Assembly (NCBI GenBank): GCA_026709065.1
Contig: JAPOTS010000100.1
Location: 15,625-79,624 of the forward strand
Reading direction: 5' to 3'
Length of the DNA stretch: 64,000 bases
From: Bacteroidota bacterium
GTDB lineage: Bacteria; Bacteroidota; Rhodothermia; Rhodothermales; Bin80
The position numbers and the translations under genes are program-made. How positions within the stretch are numbered: the first letter of the stretch is position 1; every line of letters starts with the position of its first letter. The notes under the pieces are model-generated. The model was not told where the DNA came from. It saw only the letters and a program-made list of their open reading frames with translations, and did no database searches. Shown piece after piece: positions 58,223 through 64,000 of the stretch.

Positions 58223-59032
58223 TTGACATATTTAAATCTTTCTTCATCATACATGGAGCAAACTGAGTTATTTCCAGATAATGTAGATGAATCAGTGGAA
58301 CTGCGTCTTGTAGGAATCTTTAATCCTAAGGAATTTGCCGATAGCGTCGTCGCGTTTGTTGGACTCATTAGCGGAGTATCCGAGTCCGTAATCTCTCACT
58401 CGGGTGCTTCCGACTGGGCTATCACAGTTGAACAAGGCAGTACTCTTATCAGGGCAGAGGCGAACCCTGAAACTCAAGGTTCACAACAGACTGTTCATCA
58501 GGTTGCTTCAATGATTTATGACGGACTTCTTCAGTTAGACTCAAGCGTCAACGAAGATCATCATTCCGATTATATCTTTGATGAAAAAGTACTGAAGCAT
58601 ATTAGAAAAATTGCTTCTTTGGCCATCCAAAGAGACGCAATAACAATCTCTATCAAATCTGATGGGCGAAATATCTTAATTTCTCCCACAATTGCAGATC
58701 ATACCAGCTATTTGTTAGGACCAAAGAAAGCTCACACTGCCATTGGACATGTTGAAGGACAATTATCTACACTCACTGGACGTAGAGGCTTTAAGATGAT
58801 CGTTTATCGTAGCCTTGACAATTTAGCCGTCGAATGTACCACAGATGATCCTGATTTACAAGCGCAGGCTCTGAAATCATTTGGACAGCGAGTTTCAGTT
58901 CAAGGGATCGTCAAATACAACAACAGAGGAAACCCTGTTCGTGTCATTGCAAATGAGATTAGAGTATTCAGACCTGAGCGTGAATTAACTCCCATCTCCG
59001 AAATAAAAGGAACTCTCAATGAGCACACATAA
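58223..59032 (+). CDS. Hypothetical protein (about 260 aa), upstream partner of the PIN-domain gene
   Basis: ORF overlapping the PIN gene start by 14 nt. No recognisable domain. An ATG at 58253 is a plausible alternative start. Confidence 0.5.
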   Translation: MTYLNLSSSYMEQTELFPDNVDESVELRLVGIFNPKEFADSVVAFVGLISGVSESVISHSGASDWAITVEQGSTLIRAEANPETQGSQQTVHQVASMIYDGLLQLDSSVNEDHHSDYIFDEKVLKHIRKIASLAIQRDAITISIKSDGRNILISPTIADHTSYLLGPKKAHTAIGHVEGQLSTLTGRRGFKMIVYRSLDNLAVECTTDDPDLQAQALKSFGQRVSVQGIVKYNNRGNPVRVIANEIRVFRPERELTPISEIKGTLNEHT

Positions 59033-59498
59033 CCCTAAACTAAGGTACTGGGATACCAGTGTATTTCTTGGTTATCTCAAAGGGAAACATGATCAAAGAG
59101 ATCAATGTGATATCATACTCGCTAAAGCCAATTCAGGGGAGACCACAATCGTGACTTCAGCAATCACACTGGCCGAAGTTGTGTGGTATGATCCGCAACG
59201 GATATTTGAAGAAAAATCTAAACAAAATATTAGGGATATTTTTGACTACCCCTATATTCAGGCTTTGGACTATACAAGGTTTGTTGCAGAGCGGGCCAGA
59301 GAATTAAAATGGAAGTATCGTGACTTAGAAATTAAGGATGCTGGCCACTTGTCAACTGTCATTGAGTCCGAAATTTCTCTATTTGAATCCTATGACTTGT
59401 CACTTCTGGAATACGACAAGGTATTCCACAATAAGCTTGGCCAAGAAATACGGATTTTAGAACCCTTTATTTCGGGACAATTCGAAATTTCATTCTAA
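59019..59498 (+). CDS. PIN-domain ribonuclease (VapC-like toxin)
   Basis: Four acidic PIN positions sit in the expected context: YWDTSVFLGYL (D), AITLAEVVW (E), IKDAGHLSTV (D), ESYD (D); 159 aa. Confidence 0.7.
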   Translation: MSTHNPKLRYWDTSVFLGYLKGKHDQRDQCDIILAKANSGETTIVTSAITLAEVVWYDPQRIFEEKSKQNIRDIFDYPYIQALDYTRFVAERARELKWKYRDLEIKDAGHLSTVIESEISLFESYDLSLLEYDKVFHNKLGQEIRILEPFISGQFEISF

Positions 59499-59939
59499 TA
59501 GTTGCGCGTTTTCAATCGCGGACTGATCGTATCATCAGCGATTTGAGTCATTTATAGCATCTGATAGTTTAGATCGGGCATTCTATCTATGAGTAACAAC
59601 CTAATATATCCTTTTGACGGGTTCTCGGAGTTCTCTGCCAAAACTCTTCTTTCCGTCCATTCAAATACCTTATATAGCATAGAGATCACCAAGCCCAAAC
59701 ATGCACAGCAAATGACGGCAATTTATTGGAAATATGCAAATTATAACTGATGCAAATCATTTCCTTCAATTTATCGCGTCCACATTGAACTTTAAATACA
59801 CATGGCAATCAATATCTATCATGCATTATGTGAGTCATGTGACCATAGAGTAATTGGGCAACTCCATTTCTTCAATTTATAGTTACTGAAGCTTCATTGA
59901 CAAGAGATTCAGCAGTAGTATGTATAACACGATGATTTT

Positions 59940-61355
59940 ATGTCCCGCATAGTAGAAATAATTGCGTTGATCATCACCGATACGATTGCAGCGGCGTTAT
60001 CCTGTATTCTTTATCTTCGGATTCGATTTCCCGACCGTTTTGATGTGACAGGATTTTCTGGGACAGAGGGGCAGATTATTTATCCATTGTATGCGATGAC
60101 AGCCCTTGCCCTGTTTTGGATCGTGATGTTCTTAATCGCCGGAATGTATCGTGAACGGCATGCATCGAGTCGTATTGATGAAATCGTTTCGTTAACAAAA
60201 GTCGTCACTGTGGGGGTATTAATTCTAGTCTTCAGTATTTTTGTGGACATCCTTGAAACAGGCGGTAGTTTGTCTATTTTTGCCATCTATTGGATCTCTG
60301 TACTTGGAATGATTACTGCAGGGCGTGTCATTGTTCGTTCCATTCAGAAGGCATTGGTAATACGTGGATTTGGTACTCACCGTACACTCGTTGTGGGCTG
60401 GCGTGAAAAAGTTGACCGCTTGTATCGCGATGTCGCAAAATACCCCGCTGCAGGAATCCAAATCGTCGGCGCTGTCCGTCTTAAACCGAAGGATGAGCAG
60501 GAAAATCATCTTGAATCTGATGATGACGAAGACATCTATGCTATTGAGCAACTTCCCCATCTGATTGATGATTTACAAATTCGTGATGTGTTGATAGCAT
60601 TGGGATCTCAGGACCATAAAGAACTTTCTGATGTCCTTGGGCTATGTGATGGAAAAAATGTCACCTTCAAACTCGTCCCTGATTTTTACTCTGTCATTGG
60701 TGGAATGGCCCGTACAGAACATATCTATGGGCTTCCCCTTATTGAGGTATTACCAATCCCCATGCCTGCTTGGGAGCAATACACCAAACGCGTCATTGAC
60801 TTGGTCGTTGCACTCCTTGTTCTCATCTTGGGCTTACCTATTTGGATTGGAATCATTATAGCCGTTAAGGTGTCGTCAAACGGTGATGCCATTTATCAAC
60901 AGCAGCGCGTTGGTCGCAAGGGTCGCATTTTTACGATGTATAAATTTCGCACCATGCATCATAATGCAGAGGCTGAGACTGGACCGGTTTGGGCTTCCAA
61001 AGATGATCCTCGCTACACAAACTTTGGTCGGCGGCTTCGCAAGACTCGCCTTGATGAAATTCCTCAACTCATCAATGTATTGAAAGGAGATATGAGCTTA
61101 GTCGGCCCCCGCCCTGAGCGCCCCTACTTCGTTGAAAAACTCAAAGAAGAAATTCCGTTATATAATCGCCGCCACCGGATCAAGCCTGGCATTACTGGAT
61201 GGGCGCAGGTCATGTGGCGTTATGATAGCTCACTTGAAGATGTACAGCAAAAAGTAAAGTATGATCTGTACTACATAGAAAATATGAGCTTACGAATGGA
61301 CTTAAAAATCTTGTTTAGAACTCTACGGTCAGTCATAAATGGAGGAGGTCATTGA
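59940..61355 (+). CDS. Polyprenyl-phosphate hexose-1-phosphate transferase (WbaP/EPS initiating sugar transferase)
   Basis: N-terminal TM helices, CoA-binding-like domain (TLVVGW...VGAV) and a catalytic domain with KRVIDLVVALL, YKFRTM, DEIPQLINVLKGDMSLVGPRP. Confidence 0.9.
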   Translation: MSRIVEIIALIITDTIAAALSCILYLRIRFPDRFDVTGFSGTEGQIIYPLYAMTALALFWIVMFLIAGMYRERHASSRIDEIVSLTKVVTVGVLILVFSIFVDILETGGSLSIFAIYWISVLGMITAGRVIVRSIQKALVIRGFGTHRTLVVGWREKVDRLYRDVAKYPAAGIQIVGAVRLKPKDEQENHLESDDDEDIYAIEQLPHLIDDLQIRDVLIALGSQDHKELSDVLGLCDGKNVTFKLVPDFYSVIGGMARTEHIYGLPLIEVLPIPMPAWEQYTKRVIDLVVALLVLILGLPIWIGIIIAVKVSSNGDAIYQQQRVGRKGRIFTMYKFRTMHHNAEAETGPVWASKDDPRYTNFGRRLRKTRLDEIPQLINVLKGDMSLVGPRPERPYFVEKLKEEIPLYNRRHRIKPGITGWAQVMWRYDSSLEDVQQKVKYDLYYIENMSLRMDLKILFRTLRSVINGGGH

Positions 61356-63334
61356 GTAAGACTAATCACTTCTCTGACAAGGAGCTACACCAACTGCTTC
61401 GCGCATTATTAGTCCCGAGGATGATTGAAGAGCATATGCTACGGTTGATTCGCCATAACCGAATCTCTAAGTGGTTCAGTGGATACGGACAGGAAGCTAT
61501 AGCTGTTGGAACCACATGGGCTTTGAATGATCAGGATGTTATTTTGCCGCTCCACCGCAATCTAGGTGTGTGGACAACTCGAGATATACCCCTCCAGCCA
61601 CTGTTTTGTCAAATGATGGGCAAAGATGGTGGCTTTACCAAGGGGCGAGACCGAACATTTCATTTTGGGCTCCCAGAAAAGCGTATCGTGGGTATGATTT
61701 CTCACTTAGGGGCCATGTTACCAGTCGCATGTGGAATCGCACAGGCTGCTCAACTCAAAGGCACACAAGATATTGCCGTTGTATTTTGTGGTGATGGTGC
61801 AACACGAGAAGGAGATTTTCATGAAGCTTGTAGCCTGGCTGGGATCTGGAAGTTACCCATCATATTTATTATTGAAAATAATGGATATGGGCTTTCAACA
61901 CCCACCAACGAAGCACTACCTATTGAAACCATTGGTGATGCGGCTGCAGGGTATGGATTTCCAGGAATTACCGTTGATGGCAATGATCTGCTGAGTGTGG
62001 TAACTCATGTACGTAAAGCTGCGGCGGATGCGCGAAATGGAAACGGCCCTACCTTACTTGAAATGAAGACATTCCGTAGGCGAGGGCATGAAGAAGCTTC
62101 GGGTGTCAAATATGTTCCCGAGGAGCTACTCAATCAATGGGCGCAGAAAGATCCTGTGGATCAGTATATCAGCCTATTAGTCAATGAGAAGGTGACTTCT
62201 ACCGAAGACATCCAGACTATGAAGGAGGAAATCTCTGATGCTATTGAGGTTGCTTCCGAGTATGCACTTGCCCAGCCAATGGTTGACAGTAGTCCTAAAC
62301 TGGAAGTAGCTGATGTGCTATTGATGACCAATGATGAACCGAGAGAGCCCTCAGGCAAAACGACTGAGATTCGATTCATTGATGCTATTACCGAAGCTAT
62401 GACACAATCCATGCAAGACGACGACAGTGTCTTATTGATGGGGCAGGATGTCGCAGAATATGGTGGAGTCTTCAAGGCTTCTGCGGGTTTATTGGAAAAA
62501 TTTGGACATGCTCGTGTTCGTAATACCCCAATTATTGAGAGTGGAGTTTTGGGGGCAGCAATGGGGCTATCCATGGAGGGCTTTCGTCCTATCGTAGAAA
62601 TGCAATACGCTGATTTTATTTCTTGCGGATTCAATCAGATTGTCAATAACATAGCCAAAACCCTTTATCGCTGGAACCAGCCAATCAATGTAACGATACG
62701 TGCCCCATTTGGAGGACACATTGGAGCAGGTCCATTTCATTCACAATCAATGGAGGCTTGGTTTTGTCATGTTCCGGGATTAAAGGTGGTGATCCCATCA
62801 ACTCCCCATGATGCAAAAGGACTCCTAATGGCATCTATCGCTGATCCTAATCCAGTACTGTATTTTGAGCATAAGTATTTGTATCGAAATATATATGGAC
62901 CCGTGCATAACGCACCTTATGATATCCCTCTGGGGGTAGGTTCGTGTGCGCATCAGGGTGAAGATGTCACAGTTGTCACTTATGGTCTCTGTACACATTG
63001 GGCATTGGAGCATGCCAAAAATCAATTAAAGAATGGTATATCTATTGAGGTGATTGATTTACGAACTTTAGTACCTTTGGACATGGATTTGATCTTGGAT
63101 TCAGTGAAGAAAACTGGTCGTCTCTTGGTATTACATGAAGCAACAATGACAGGTGGCTTTGGGGGTGAAATCGCGGCACGAATTGCAGAGGATGGATTTG
63201 AATTTTTGGATGCCCCACCAATGCGCGTCGCTGCCTTAGATACACCAATTCCATTCTCTTTAAATCTGGAGACCGAAATATTTTCCGCCAAGGCTCGTTT
63301 GGATGAGTCCCTTGAACGCTTATTAGCCTATTAG
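61352..63334 (+). CDS. Fused E1 alpha/beta 2-oxoacid dehydrogenase (TPP-dependent)
   Basis: The alpha part has GYGQEAIAVG, the TPP motif GDGATREGDFHEA...IIENNGYG and RRGHEE. The beta part has MGQDVAEYGGVFKA, NTPIIESG and the C-terminal transketolase-like domain. A GGAGGAGG precedes the TTG start, which overlaps the upstream stop. Confidence 0.9.
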   Translation: MSKTNHFSDKELHQLLRALLVPRMIEEHMLRLIRHNRISKWFSGYGQEAIAVGTTWALNDQDVILPLHRNLGVWTTRDIPLQPLFCQMMGKDGGFTKGRDRTFHFGLPEKRIVGMISHLGAMLPVACGIAQAAQLKGTQDIAVVFCGDGATREGDFHEACSLAGIWKLPIIFIIENNGYGLSTPTNEALPIETIGDAAAGYGFPGITVDGNDLLSVVTHVRKAAADARNGNGPTLLEMKTFRRRGHEEASGVKYVPEELLNQWAQKDPVDQYISLLVNEKVTSTEDIQTMKEEISDAIEVASEYALAQPMVDSSPKLEVADVLLMTNDEPREPSGKTTEIRFIDAITEAMTQSMQDDDSVLLMGQDVAEYGGVFKASAGLLEKFGHARVRNTPIIESGVLGAAMGLSMEGFRPIVEMQYADFISCGFNQIVNNIAKTLYRWNQPINVTIRAPFGGHIGAGPFHSQSMEAWFCHVPGLKVVIPSTPHDAKGLLMASIADPNPVLYFEHKYLYRNIYGPVHNAPYDIPLGVGSCAHQGEDVTVVTYGLCTHWALEHAKNQLKNGISIEVIDLRTLVPLDMDLILDSVKKTGRLLVLHEATMTGGFGGEIAARIAEDGFEFLDAPPMRVAALDTPIPFSLNLETEIFSAKARLDESLERLLAY

Positions 63335-64000
63335 CCCATCGGCTCCTCTATGGAACATGCGTTATTACACGGTAGAAAATTTAGAGGCTTATATACGTGG
63401 TTGCCTCTGATTTAGGGGCGGAGGCGCAACATCTTTGCATACTCCACCTCACTACGTCAATGGAACCGCTCAATGACAGGACACCTCCATAGTCCTCTAA
63501 CTGCAAAGACATCCGAGGAGATTAGGTTTGGGTATCTCTTTATTTGGCAGGCTTCAGAGTTGGATATCCCCTTTGATGGAATGGACTTGGTCTAACATAG
63601 AATGGAGAATCTTATTGGATAGAGCTTGATCTCAGAAGACATGGTTGAATTTAACATACTCCAACCTTGCGCTTACATCAGGATACACTAGATCTGTCTC
63701 GTATTGATTGATGTACCACCCTCCTACCAAACATAACAGACTGTGCGGATGCTCTAAATGAGAGAAACAAACGAATATACTCAGGACGATTACAGACTAA
63801 TTTTTTGATTGTGAGCTATTATCATAAGGGCCAGTAATAGAATTGTTTACTCAAAATGTTATATATTTGTGATAAGATGGTACTATGGTTGGGTGGTCAA
63901 CCTCCAATATATCGTATGTATTCTGTTTAAACCATATTTAATTTTTATCATCTACCTCTTTTTCTTGTTTCACTCACTTAAAATCAAAAATCCAAAAAAT

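Noticed and set aside
62161-62634. 157-aa minus-strand ORF inside the E1 alpha/beta gene.
   Set aside because: It is antisense to a gene with unambiguous TPP-enzyme motifs and has Ser-rich shadow-ORF composition.

Overview
This 64-kb chromosomal segment looks like it comes from an FCB-group bacterium (Bacteroidota/Rhodothermota/Balneolota-like). The taxonomic guess rests on gene content: CarboxypepD_reg-type TonB-dependent receptors, an Alternative Complex III plus caa3 oxidase supercluster, DUF2723, a fused E1 alpha/beta dehydrogenase and acidic proteins.

Most of the window is core housekeeping:
- two paralogous TonB-dependent receptors in inverted orientation around a tRNA-Gln;
- a contiguous actABCDEF-SCO-caa3 respiratory cluster (19.9-32.4 kb);
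- a 2549-aa Calx-beta-rich autotransporter;
- a TonB-dependent receptor with tandem His/Asp/Glu-rich inserts;
- htpX, ybeY, rsmI, an LptF/G permease and envelope polysaccharide genes.

The outstanding accessory element is a three-gene, translationally coupled operon at 11.2-15.6 kb, bracketed by the two longest ORF-poor gaps in the window. It encodes (1) a complete C5 cytosine DNA methyltransferase, (2) a 768-aa protein with two Bergerat-fold ATPase modules (N-terminal MORC/Hsp90-like, C-terminal histidine-kinase-like with a candidate phospho-His helix), and (3) a receiver-domain protein whose C-terminal helical domain carries an RNNYAH motif matching the HEPN RNase signature. I read this as a candidate undescribed two-component, methylation-linked defence or abortive-infection system.

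A second, smaller candidate is a PIN-domain gene overlapping an unusually large 269-aa upstream partner, behind a perfect palindrome (58.2-59.5 kb).

All domain calls are motif recognition by eye. No database search was possible.
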